Assembly (NCBI GenBank): GCA_963674945.2
Contig: CAXXWQ010000004.1
Coordinates: 2,528,001 to 2,592,000, forward strand
Source: an uncultured Desulfosarcina sp.
GTDB taxonomy: Bacteria > Desulfobacterota > Desulfobacteria > Desulfobacterales > Desulfosarcinaceae
Reading direction: 5' to 3'
Length of the DNA stretch: 64,000 nt
Program-made: the position numbers and the translations under genes
The notes under the pieces: model-generated
Database searches by the model: none
The model's input: only the letters and a program-made list of their open reading frames with translations
Told to the model about the DNA's origin: nothing
In this document: positions 1-9,340 of the stretch, piece by piece
Position numbering within the stretch: the first letter of the stretch is position 1
How the letters are laid out: every line of letters begins with the position of its first letter

Positions 1-519
1 GACAAGACTCGCATAATACCCGTTCCATCCCAGACAATAGCTGGAAATGGAAATCAACTGCCGAGGATCCTGCCAGTGGGGTGTTTGAAAAAATGCCAGC
101 GGGTCCTCCAGGGTATCTAGTACGGCCTCCTGAAGATACACTATTTTTTCCTCATTGATGGTGAGAATTTTTTTGATAATATCCTCGTTTTTCATGAAAA
201 GGGCTTTCCCGGACTGTCTGACCGTATTCGCATCGTATGCTTCCATGCGGCAAAGATATGCCAGTCGGCTGATGCATTCTCCGGCCCTGGCAAGGATATT
301 CTTTTGAAACGCGGATGTGAATGTGTCGTTCCCAACGGCGTCGGCGGCACTTGTTTTCACTACCGAAAGAGCCGCTTGCATCTCTTCAAAGGAATCAATC
401 TGATCGACCTTGAGGTCATCCAGGGTGCCGGCCTCTCTGTGGTAACCTGATACCAACGCCAGAGGAAGGATTATGAAAACAGGCAGCCAGCGAAGGGTTT
501 TTCGAACGCGCGTTTTCAT
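1..519 (-). CDS. Exported hypothetical protein, 3'-partial (runs off the window edge)
   Basis: Hand translation from ATG at 519: MKTRVRKTLRWLPVFIILPLALVSG... with a hydrophobic N-terminus and no stop before position 1. Same strand as, and downstream of, the vWA-ExbBD genes. Confidence 0.7.
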   Translation of the reverse strand, partial: MKTRVRKTLRWLPVFIILPLALVSGYHREAGTLDDLKVDQIDSFEEMQAALSVVKTSAADAVGNDTFTSAFQKNILARAGECISRLAYLCRMEAYDANTVRQSGKALFMKNEDIIKKILTINEEKIVYLQEAVLDTLEDPLAFFQTPHWQDPRQLISISSYCLGWNGYYASLV

Positions 520-550
520 AGGTGCAGACTATCGTGATAGTTTAAAATTG

Positions 551-673
551 ACGGATTCGTAAAAAGTCCGATATCGGCGTTACGCTTCATCCTTCGTCAC
601 TGCGGAGTACGATCTGTACGCCTCATTCCTTAAGGATTTGCAAGCCTTGATCTCGGGCTTTTTACGAATCCGT
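551..673. mobile_element. MITE/REP-like element, copy 1
   Basis: Perfect 16-bp inverted ends ACGGATTCGTAAAAAG (551-566) and CTTTTTACGAATCCGT (658-673). Interior is closely similar to the copy at 53905-54025. Confidence 0.8.
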
Positions 674-674
674 A

Positions 675-703
675 CGAACAGCGACTATTTACGAGATCAT
701 CAA
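675..703. repeat. Associated end motif CGAACAGCGACTATTTACGAGATCATCAA
   Basis: 27/29 identical to 28839-28867. A related TACGAGTTCATCAA follows copy 2 at 54043-54056. Confidence 0.7.
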
Positions 704-713
704 AGTGCAATTC

Positions 714-1139
714 TCATGATATGCTGAAGACGATATCTTTCTTGTGCGATTTCAGGCACGTATTATATACACCGATAACATGTTCATAGGGAACATTGTC
801 GCCCGGCTCTATCACCAGCAGAATGTCTTCCGGCAGCTGGTCAAGATAGTACAGCAGGTCCACGTATGTCCTCACTACCCGTTCCTGCAGGAAAATCTCG
901 AGACCGCCGCTTTCCTTGGCCATTTTGATGCGTAGCCTTACCGTCTCCCAGTCCTTGGTGGGGTCTTCGCTTTCCTCGTTGCCGATCTGCGGCAGCCGGT
1001 TTTCCAGGATGAGCGCCGGCTTCTGAAAATTGAAGGTCATCAAAAAAAATATCATCAGAAGAAAAATAACGTCGATGAGCGGCGTCATGTTGTTTGAAAA
1101 CCGGTTTTTCGGCGTATTGCTTTTCGACCGGAGTATCAT
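714..1139 (-). CDS. exbD: ExbD/TolR family biopolymer transport protein
   Basis: NMTPLIDVIFLLMIFFLM transmembrane motif with the conserved Asp. Confidence 0.9.
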   Translation of the reverse strand: MILRSKSNTPKNRFSNNMTPLIDVIFLLMIFFLMTFNFQKPALILENRLPQIGNEESEDPTKDWETVRLRIKMAKESGGLEIFLQERVVRTYVDLLYYLDQLPEDILLVIEPGDNVPYEHVIGVYNTCLKSHKKDIVFSIS

Positions 1140-1579
1140 TCTGCCTCTTTTCTCACCAGGGGATCGGGAACTCCATCGATGGTAGCGAATTCAATTTTTT
1201 CGATGTGCAAAAGGGCCAGATGGAAAAGGACTTTTTTGACCACCGCATAGTCCACATCGTTATTTGCGCGTATCTGAACGGTGATATCCCGCGTGTCCAC
1301 ACGCCCCTTAACAATGTCGGGCAGTTCAGACAGGTAAAGCCGCTGTCGCTGCCAGAACATAAGGTCTTCGGACTTGATGGTAATGGGAATTTTCAGCCTG
1401 TTTTCCACATGGCGTTTGGTTGCCTCGTCGGCCTTGGGTAAATTGACGGCACGCAGGTGGACCTCGGAAAAGTTGATCATGATAATAAAGAATATGATGA
1501 TCAGAAATACCACATCGATCAGCGGTGTCATGTTTACAAAAAGAGCGGCCCAAGGCCTTTTCCGATAAGCGCGCATCAT
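1136..1579 (-). CDS. exbD: ExbD/TolR family biopolymer transport protein
   Basis: NMTPLIDVVFLIIIFF motif and VNLPKA; 4-bp overlaps with both neighbours. Confidence 0.9.
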   Translation of the reverse strand: MMRAYRKRPWAALFVNMTPLIDVVFLIIIFFIIMINFSEVHLRAVNLPKADEATKRHVENRLKIPITIKSEDLMFWQRQRLYLSELPDIVKGRVDTRDITVQIRANNDVDYAVVKKVLFHLALLHIEKIEFATIDGVPDPLVRKEAE

Positions 1580-2403
1580 GACATTTTACCCGTTGGCTTG
1601 AATCCGGAAATAAGCTGCTCGGCTTTCATCGACGCTTCTCCGGAAAATTCATCGACGCGATTTCGGAACAACGCATAACAGTAAAGGGCCGGAATGGCGA
1701 CAATCAGTCCCATGCAAGTGGTGACGAGGGCTTCGAATATTCCGGCAGCCAACTGTCTTGGCTCGATGGCGCCGGTCATGTGCGCGATCTCGTTGAAGCA
1801 TCGCAACATCCCGATCACGGTGCCGAGGAGCCCCATCATGGGGGAGATGTTGCCGATAACATTAAGGTGTTCGGTCTTGCGTGCGATGCCGCTTGCCAGA
1901 GCCTCTCCCGTATCCTCCATGGCCTTGATCATGGCCTGATAGCCGTTGGACGATTCTCTGAGGCCGGCCACGGTTACCCTGGCAAGAAAGGACTTCCTTC
2001 GTTTCTCGAAAGTAATGATGGCCTCTTCGGTGGGGTCTTTCACCAACTCCTGCAATAAAAGGATGTCTTTGGAGGGGAGGATGTTTCCCCGACGTATGGT
2101 AACGCGGTAACTGATAATCAACCCAAGCGAAATGACCGATAGCAGGATGATTGTGTACCCGACGACCCCGCCCTTTTTAATGAGATCGAAAAGGTTGCTT
2201 TCTTCCATTTGCCGGTCCGTCATAAAAACCGGCTTGGCAGGCGAAACGACTTGTGAAGTCGAAGCCTTATCCGGCACCGTTTCTTTTTCCATGTCCAGGG
2301 ATATGAGGTCTGTGGATTTTTCCTTACAGAAAGAGACAGAAGAGGGTACAAGCAGTGTTGAAAAAAAAACGAGTGTGAAAACGCACAATGCGTGCCTGTA
2401 CAT
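1576..2403 (-). CDS. exbB: MotA/TolQ/ExbB proton channel protein
   Basis: ISPMMGLLGTVIGM and GIFEALVTTCMGLIVAIPA motifs. Start placed at ATG 2403 with GGAGG upstream. Confidence 0.88.
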   Translation of the reverse strand: MYRHALCVFTLVFFSTLLVPSSVSFCKEKSTDLISLDMEKETVPDKASTSQVVSPAKPVFMTDRQMEESNLFDLIKKGGVVGYTIILLSVISLGLIISYRVTIRRGNILPSKDILLLQELVKDPTEEAIITFEKRRKSFLARVTVAGLRESSNGYQAMIKAMEDTGEALASGIARKTEHLNVIGNISPMMGLLGTVIGMLRCFNEIAHMTGAIEPRQLAAGIFEALVTTCMGLIVAIPALYCYALFRNRVDEFSGEASMKAEQLISGFKPTGKMS

Positions 2404-2417
2404 AGGTGCCTCCATTC

Positions 2418-3581
2418 CTATAAGTTCTTCATAAACTCGGTTAGATACATCTCCCACCGCAGGCCGAATATCAGCAGCATCATCTTTTTTACGACGACTT
2501 CTTCGTTTCCCAAACGTGCAGACGCTCCGCGGCCCGCCTGGGCGAGCATGCGGAATTCATCCATGACATCTTGGCTGCCCGCCGAATGACGATAGTGTTC
2601 CGAACAAAATTTCGGATCGCCCGAAGGCAGCATTGTCTGCAGGTGTTCGGTGCCCCTGGTATCCAGAACCGCTACGGTACCGCCCATCTCCTGTCGGAAC
2701 CGATCCACCAGTTCCAAAGTGTTCGACATGTCCTTTTGATGCGGTGGCGCATCGCCGATGATGAGAATGAATTTCTTTGATTCTTCGTTCCAGTCAATTT
2801 CCTCCACGGCTGCGGTCAGTCCCTCAAAAACCGCCTCGGCACGGTCCGCGCCTCCCTTCGGCGCGATGTCCGAAAGAAAGTCGAAGAAGGAAGTAATGCC
2901 GTAGGTCAAAGGATGAACGCGGGTCACAAACTCTGACTCCTCATCCACATCCCGATAGGCAACGAGCCCGATTCTACAGGTGGGAACCAGTTTCTTAAAT
3001 GCCTCGGCCAGGCCCTCAATCTTTTGTTTTACCTCGAATAAAAAACTTTGCATGCTCGCGGTGGCGTCGAACACGAAGACAACATCAAGCCCCCCTTTTC
3101 TGAGGACCTGGATATGCCTTGAAAACGACCCCGCAAACGTTTCCGGCCCGGTGTAGCGTGGCCGACGCCCGGTGGAGGGATTTACCCACTGGTGATCCAT
3201 GGCGGCGGCCTCGATACTGATGATGCCCAGCTTCTCGCTTATACTGGCATTGGGATAAAAAGCCACTTCAGGCGTAACGGCCCGGTATTCGATCTCGGGA
3301 AGTGAATAGGCCATCTTATCATCGGTTCTGAATGAATCGAGCCGGTCCGTCCCTTGAAATTTCAGGCCGTCATCCCGTCTTCCGTCAAGTATAATCCTTG
3401 CCGGCAGATCTTCATTTGAACTGGCATCCCGGCCGAACCGCCAGGTTACGCTTTTTGAGAGATAGAGGACGCCCGTATGAAAACTGAGGGAAAGCAAAAA
3501 GGGAAGCGATGCCAGGACAAAGACAAATGCAATCGAGAAGCGCTTAAGTAGAGAATTTGAATTCTGTGTTGGTGATGACAA
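2418..3581 (-). CDS. Membrane-anchored von Willebrand factor A domain protein
   Basis: MIDAS DVVFVFDATASM, IGLVAYRD, GGADRAEA, IGDAPPH; N-terminal TM helix. Confidence 0.85.
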   Translation of the reverse strand: MSSPTQNSNSLLKRFSIAFVFVLASLPFLLSLSFHTGVLYLSKSVTWRFGRDASSNEDLPARIILDGRRDDGLKFQGTDRLDSFRTDDKMAYSLPEIEYRAVTPEVAFYPNASISEKLGIISIEAAAMDHQWVNPSTGRRPRYTGPETFAGSFSRHIQVLRKGGLDVVFVFDATASMQSFLFEVKQKIEGLAEAFKKLVPTCRIGLVAYRDVDEESEFVTRVHPLTYGITSFFDFLSDIAPKGGADRAEAVFEGLTAAVEEIDWNEESKKFILIIGDAPPHQKDMSNTLELVDRFRQEMGGTVAVLDTRGTEHLQTMLPSGDPKFCSEHYRHSAGSQDVMDEFRMLAQAGRGASARLGNEEVVVKKMMLLIFGLRWEMYLTEFMKNL

Positions 3582-4180
3582 TTTATACTCGCCTTCTAGG
3601 AAACTCGTTTATCAATACAAATCAAGCATCACTTTTTATAAAAACAGAATAAAAAATCCGGGACTTCCCCATTTTCTCTAACGGGTTTTACCTGAATGCT
3701 GATACAAGAAAGCTGGAAGTGCCTTCAAACCATTTCAAAATATTCTTTTTACCCAATATCTTTACTTTTGAGATGGCTTGTACTCTGTGCCGAAGATTGT
3801 ATCGTCGCGTTGACAAATTCTACCTTGGCATCAAATGAAACTAAAACAAATTTTGTTAATTGATTGAAAATTATTTTAAACAATTCCCACCATGATCTCA
3901 AGCCTTTTTTCATTTGAACCGCTTCGAATAGCAAAAAGGTTCTTGCGGTCAATACGTACTTTTTGGAAAATAGTCGATCGTGTCCGGGACCGACTTCGCA
4001 ACACCTTCTTTTGAAAGGGAGAGGAAGCAAAAAGATACAGTTTTTCAATACACTGAAAGACCTTGAGAATCTCGATCCGTAGAATTACCGGAATGTCTTG
4101 ACTTCCGTTCTCAAATATAAAAGATATAATATAAGAAAAGGATAGAACCAACTGCATGGATATTCTTGAATGAGGTTTAC

Positions 4181-5281
4181 ATGTCCACAAAATTCAAGAA
4201 AAAGATCAATGGTCGAGTCATCGGCTTTATCTTTGTATTCTGGACCTTCTATGTGGTGGCATATGCTCTTTGCGCATATATAAATTTGGGGGGCGCTCCT
4301 TTAAAAAAATATCTCTTTGAGTCAGCGTACCAGCATATCTGGATGGCGTTCATCAGTATCGGTCTATGGTTTCTATGCAAAAGAATGCCCTTTGGGAGAT
4401 TTTCTTTTTGGCTTTTTCTTCTAATTCATTCCTTATTTGCCTGTCTTGCCACAATTGTCTGGTCCACAATCGTATTGGGATCTGCGTATCTTGCATTTGG
4501 TGATGACATTTACTACGCCGTACCTAATTTTCCTCGGTCGATTGCCTGGCAATTACTCTTTGGTATCATACTATATTTTATCATTACAGTAAGTTACTAT
4601 GCCATCATGTACTATCAGAACTTCAGGAAAAAAGAACTTGCCGAAACCAGACTCAAACTGCTTTCCAGAGACGCCGAATTAAGGGCGCTAAAGCTTCAGT
4701 TAAATCCCCATTTTCTTTTCAATTCTCTAAATTCAATCAACGCCATGGTCACGGCAAATCCGAAACAGGCCAGAAAAATGATTGCCCGTCTTTCAGATCT
4801 TTTGCGCATGGCGTTAGAGAGCCACGACCAACAAACAGTGCCTTTGCAGTATGAACTGGATTTTACCCATGCATACCTTGATATTGAAAAAATCCGATTT
4901 GAGGATAAGATGGATTATCAGGAACAGGTTGATCCGGAACTGTTGACAAAAACGGTGCCCGCAATGATGCTTCAGCCGTTGCTGGAGAATGCCGTTAAGC
5001 ACGGCATCACCAATCGTCTCGACGGCGGAACGGTTCGGCTGACCATCGCATCATCTACGGAACACGTGATTGTCGAGGTCCGCAATCCACTACACTCGAA
5101 ACAGTTTATCGATTCGAAGATGCTCGATGGTAATGGAACCGGTCTAAACAACTTGAAAGAGCGTCTTTATCAGCTCTATGGAGAAAACTATCAATTGGAC
5201 ATTGATGCCGATTATGGAAAAGAGTTCAAAATTTGTTTACAACTGCCGAATATGACGGAGGCTTGGAAACATGCCGATTAA
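4181..5281 (+). CDS. LytS/YehU family sensor histidine kinase
   Basis: LKLQLNPHFLFNSLNSI, MLQPLLENAVKHG and GTGLNNLKERL motifs; N-terminal TM helices. ATG 4181 follows GAGG. Confidence 0.93.
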   Translation: MSTKFKKKINGRVIGFIFVFWTFYVVAYALCAYINLGGAPLKKYLFESAYQHIWMAFISIGLWFLCKRMPFGRFSFWLFLLIHSLFACLATIVWSTIVLGSAYLAFGDDIYYAVPNFPRSIAWQLLFGIILYFIITVSYYAIMYYQNFRKKELAETRLKLLSRDAELRALKLQLNPHFLFNSLNSINAMVTANPKQARKMIARLSDLLRMALESHDQQTVPLQYELDFTHAYLDIEKIRFEDKMDYQEQVDPELLTKTVPAMMLQPLLENAVKHGITNRLDGGTVRLTIASSTEHVIVEVRNPLHSKQFIDSKMLDGNGTGLNNLKERLYQLYGENYQLDIDADYGKEFKICLQLPNMTEAWKHAD

Positions 5282-6017
5282 AGCCGTTATCATCGATGAC
5301 GAAATCTGGGGCCGCAAAATTATCCGTGAATATGCCGCATCCCATCCTGATGTAAATATTGTTGCTGAATGCAAAGATGCCCATGAGGCGTTACATGCCG
5401 TAACGGTGCATGACCCTGAACTTCTCTTTTTAGACATACAGATGCCTGAAATCAACGGGTTTGAGTTCTTGGAATTATTGGAAGAAAAACCCCATGTCAT
5501 TTTTTCCACCGCCTTCGATGAATACGCCATCAAGGCATTTGAAATCAACGCGGTGGATTATCTGCTGAAACCGTTTGACCAGGAACGGTTTGATACGGCT
5601 TTGAACCGTGCAAAGGAAGATCTGAACAGCAAAGATGGATTGACCCCCAAACTGGAAGCGCTGTTAAACGGTCTGCCAAATGAACAGCATTACAGGGAAA
5701 GATTTTTGATCAAGGAATCCGGCCGGGTTATCATCTTAAAAAGCGATGACATCGTTTTTATTGAAGCCATGGATAATTATGTAAAAATTCATACGATCCA
5801 TAAAGGGCATCTGATACAAAACACCCTGACAAGCCTTGAAAGCAAATTAAACCCGGAAAAATTTGTCCGGGTTCATCGCTCCTATATTGTAAGCCTCGAT
5901 AAAATCACAGGAATCCACACGTCCACATCAGGTAAACATGTGGTTTATTTTAGTGATCGAACCCAAATTCCGGTGAGCCGATCGGGAATGAAGCGACTTA
6001 AGGATTTTGCCCTGTAG
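5271..6017 (+). CDS. LytTR family DNA-binding response regulator
   Basis: Receiver motifs IIDDE, FLDIQMP, DYLLKP plus LytTR FVRVHRSYIV; overlaps the kinase stop. Confidence 0.95.
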   Translation: MPIKAVIIDDEIWGRKIIREYAASHPDVNIVAECKDAHEALHAVTVHDPELLFLDIQMPEINGFEFLELLEEKPHVIFSTAFDEYAIKAFEINAVDYLLKPFDQERFDTALNRAKEDLNSKDGLTPKLEALLNGLPNEQHYRERFLIKESGRVIILKSDDIVFIEAMDNYVKIHTIHKGHLIQNTLTSLESKLNPEKFVRVHRSYIVSLDKITGIHTSTSGKHVVYFSDRTQIPVSRSGMKRLKDFAL

Positions 6018-6095
6018 AGAAATCCCTGCCATAAAGTTGCTGTCGCTTCTTCCGTTGGCTGCTGCTTTCCGCTAAAGTGACGTTTACTCCTTAGA

Positions 6096-7859
6096 TTAAT
6101 ACCACTTAAAAAAATATAAGGCGTTTCTTGTGCTTTCAGGTAGAGACGAATATAACTCGATAAATTTGGATTCTACCTGGTCGGATGTGGTTTCTTCGTT
6201 GATCATATGAATATCGACATCCGTCTCATCGGCGTCAAAAACGATGCTTTTGTCCTCGCCATCCTGGTTTGACCATCGGTTCCAGTCAGGAAGGTGATCG
6301 CATTGAGGAATTTCGGTATGGGCAAAATTCTTAATATATTCCATCATTGCTTCCGAAAGCGCTTTTCTGCCGTGAGTGTCATGGTTAACGTTAAACACCC
6401 TGCCGCCGGATATGAAATGAAAACCGCTTCCGAAGAAAAATTGAATGTCCTCAAAATGTGCGGCACCCAAACAGAAGTTATAGGGGCTCCCATCCGGTCC
6501 GTCCCAGCTGAAAAGATAGGTATATACCTCATCCTGATGTTCGCTTAGCGTCCTGGCAATGTGGTCAACGAAATTATAGCGCCACATCAGGCTGCCGCCT
6601 ACTGCACATGCTTCATACAGGGCCTTATCATCCTGTGTCGGAAGGACATCGTCTACAGCAAGATCTCCGAAAGCTGCGCCAAAGATATCTCCCCATGTAT
6701 AGCTGCCCGATGGAATGGGATCGGTGATGCCAATTTCAGGATAATCCAAATAGGCTGTTTTTAAAAAAGTGCTGAAACTGGGAAGAATCAGCTTCATCTC
6801 ATATCTATTACTACCCAGGATAATCGGAACTTTGTTGTAATGTCCCGCTTGGAAAGATGCAATTTCTCCGACTTCAGGGATTACCGTGCCATCCTCACAA
6901 GGTGTTGCACTGTTCTTATCCACATATTCGTTGGCATTACCGAATCCTTCTATAAGTTCATAAGCTGTTTTTCCACGAAGATATGCCTCCACATCCTCCG
7001 GGTAGTCCATGGAGCCATCCCGATCCATGAGACGAAGGATGAAGTCCTCACAATTTTGATCCGCTTCATCTACAGGTATCGATTTGCCCATTGCACTCTG
7101 GGACATGGCTTTATGAAACAGGCCTTTGGCAAGAGGTGATGCAACACAACTTAAAACATTGTGCCCCCCTGCCGACTCTCCTGAAAGAAGGACATTGTCT
7201 GGATTTCCACCAAAGGCCTCGATATTTTCATTGATCCATTCCAACGCCTTGATCATATCCAGATTTCCGAAATTTCCCGATGCGTCAAGGCTGTCTTTGC
7301 CTTCTCTCATGTCCGGATGCGTCAGCCATCCAAAGGGACCGAGTCTGTATTGGAACGTTTCAAAAACCACATTGCTTTTCTTTACGACAGAAGGAGCAAG
7401 CAAATTATAATCATTTATCGCGCCTGCGGTATTTGCTCCGCCATGAATAAATACATAAACCGGCAGATTGCTATCTTGAGAATTCGGCCGATAGATATTC
7501 AGATACAAACAGTCCTCACTTCCGGTTATTGTATGTGTTGATGTAACCAGGTCCGTTTTATTCTGAACGCATGGGCTGCAATCCTCGGTGGCATCCCTTA
7601 TTTCCGTCCAGGGTTCCGGATCTTGGGGCGCCCTCCAGCGCAGTTCGCCCACAGGCGGTTTGGCATATGGAATGCTTTTCCAGATTGATATATTATTTGC
7701 CCTGTCCGTATATCCCATGACCTTTCCGTAGTTGGTCTCAACAACTTCGCTGGTATCTGTTACATTGCCCGTATCGTCATCGCCACAGGAATATACGGCA
7801 ATAAGGCAAAAACACAAAATCACGGACCGAAGCAAAAATGCAGCGCATTGTTTCCTCAT
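6096..7859 (-). CDS. Carboxylesterase type B (para-nitrobenzyl esterase-like), lipoprotein
   Basis: IPYAKPPVGELRW, SEDCLYLNI, HGG oxyanion hole, GESAG nucleophile; lipobox VYSC. Confidence 0.93.
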   Translation of the reverse strand: MRKQCAAFLLRSVILCFCLIAVYSCGDDDTGNVTDTSEVVETNYGKVMGYTDRANNISIWKSIPYAKPPVGELRWRAPQDPEPWTEIRDATEDCSPCVQNKTDLVTSTHTITGSEDCLYLNIYRPNSQDSNLPVYVFIHGGANTAGAINDYNLLAPSVVKKSNVVFETFQYRLGPFGWLTHPDMREGKDSLDASGNFGNLDMIKALEWINENIEAFGGNPDNVLLSGESAGGHNVLSCVASPLAKGLFHKAMSQSAMGKSIPVDEADQNCEDFILRLMDRDGSMDYPEDVEAYLRGKTAYELIEGFGNANEYVDKNSATPCEDGTVIPEVGEIASFQAGHYNKVPIILGSNRYEMKLILPSFSTFLKTAYLDYPEIGITDPIPSGSYTWGDIFGAAFGDLAVDDVLPTQDDKALYEACAVGGSLMWRYNFVDHIARTLSEHQDEVYTYLFSWDGPDGSPYNFCLGAAHFEDIQFFFGSGFHFISGGRVFNVNHDTHGRKALSEAMMEYIKNFAHTEIPQCDHLPDWNRWSNQDGEDKSIVFDADETDVDIHMINEETTSDQVESKFIELYSSLPESTRNALYFFKWY

Positions 7860-7934
7860 TACCGCCTCCTGATGCCTCTGGTATTATAGGAGTTGTTCTG
7901 TCCATGCGTTCATTCGTCCGACTGCAACCTGCGA

Positions 7935-9311
7935 TTACCGCTTGCCCAGTTTACGTAAATTTTGAACGGAGAAGAAGTCGTCCGGAATTTCTTCGTACGA
8001 TTCGGGCGGATACCCGTTCATTGTCTTAAATGCAGCATAAAAGTCCACCTGGAAATCGAAATGATAATACTGGGTCTGACGGAACACTGGAAAGTCATAA
8101 AATTGTTTTCCTTGTGCAAACGACATTCGCCACAGGTTTCCGCGTTTGTCGTATTTGTCGATGAGAGCGCAATTCCAGGAGTCTTCATCGAAATAATAGT
8201 GCCGTTCGCCGTACACATGGCGCGAACCTTCCTTGAGGGTGTGGCAGACGACCCATACCCGGTGAAGCTCCCAGCGGATATATTCCGGGTTCGGATGATG
8301 GGGGGTAAATATCACATCATGTGAGGGCGGCAGGTCGGTCCGATACGTGTTATAAGGGATGAACATCTCTTTCTTCCCGACCAGTTTCCAGTCGAACCGG
8401 TCGAGTTTTCCCTTCCACATCCACGATCCGTCACTGGTCCCAATGCCGCCGGCGGAAGAGTCGAGCCCATCGTAAAACATGTTGGGGTTCCGGCGCACCC
8501 GGCGCATTCCCGGTACATAGGACCAGCCGATAGCGTCATTTTTCGTATAGTTCGCCGGGTCCATCATCAGATACAATTCGCCCACGCGGCCGGGCACTGT
8601 CATTTCAACAATTTTTCCAAAGACATAGTCTTGTGGATCGAACTTTTCTCCGCTTTCTATCTTATAGAGAAGATAATTCGTTGCATGTTGCTCATTGTAT
8701 TTGCCGCTTGCCTGCACGATTCCGCCGCCAAACGTCTGTTTTATATTTTTGGCGCCATGGGGTATGAAAACAAAATTCAACATGACTTCCATGCCGCTTT
8801 TGGGAATGGGAAAGGGAAACCCCATACCGAAATTGGTTACGCTGCCGTATTCATCGATCACTTCTGCCGTCAAGGCATTGTCGAATGTACTCTCATAGTG
8901 CTTTTCGGAAAATGCGGCGGATCTTCTGGTGGGATAGACATGGATCTTGAAGGTATCCGGGTATAGCTCGAACATTTTCACAATACCCGCGGCTAATTTG
9001 TATTTATATTGATCGACATTTTGCCCCGTAATGGTAAACAGGATCTTGTCTTCGGCAAACGGATCCGGGTGGACCTCTCCAGACTTGGCCACATAATCGA
9101 TGCCTTCGGGAATTTGGATGAGCCCACCGGTCCAGGCAGGGATGGTTCCCTCTTTGTTTCCCGCCCGTTCTGCGCCGACGGGGGTCAAGTCTGCTTTCAG
9201 TTTTGCCGCCTCTTCGGCAGACACCTTCGCCCGAACCGGAATTGCAGCAGATACCATGAGGGTTGTCAGCACCAGGGAAATTATAGATTTCAATATGATA
9301 TTGTTCATCAC
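7935..9311 (-). CDS. DUF1329 periplasmic protein (LolA-like fold family)
   Basis: LTPVGAERAGNKEGTIPAWTGG, RRVRR and WELHRVWVV motifs; signal peptide. Confidence 0.92.
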   Translation of the reverse strand: MMNNIILKSIISLVLTTLMVSAAIPVRAKVSAEEAAKLKADLTPVGAERAGNKEGTIPAWTGGLIQIPEGIDYVAKSGEVHPDPFAEDKILFTITGQNVDQYKYKLAAGIVKMFELYPDTFKIHVYPTRRSAAFSEKHYESTFDNALTAEVIDEYGSVTNFGMGFPFPIPKSGMEVMLNFVFIPHGAKNIKQTFGGGIVQASGKYNEQHATNYLLYKIESGEKFDPQDYVFGKIVEMTVPGRVGELYLMMDPANYTKNDAIGWSYVPGMRRVRRNPNMFYDGLDSSAGGIGTSDGSWMWKGKLDRFDWKLVGKKEMFIPYNTYRTDLPPSHDVIFTPHHPNPEYIRWELHRVWVVCHTLKEGSRHVYGERHYYFDEDSWNCALIDKYDKRGNLWRMSFAQGKQFYDFPVFRQTQYYHFDFQVDFYAAFKTMNGYPPESYEEIPDDFFSVQNLRKLGKR

Positions 9312-9340
9312 AACTCCTTTTCTCTTTTTCTACGTTTTGG

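Noticed and set aside
3600..4160. Short ORFs or LytTR direct repeats in the AT-rich intergenic region
   Set aside because: No convincing RBS, motif or repeat pair found by eye.
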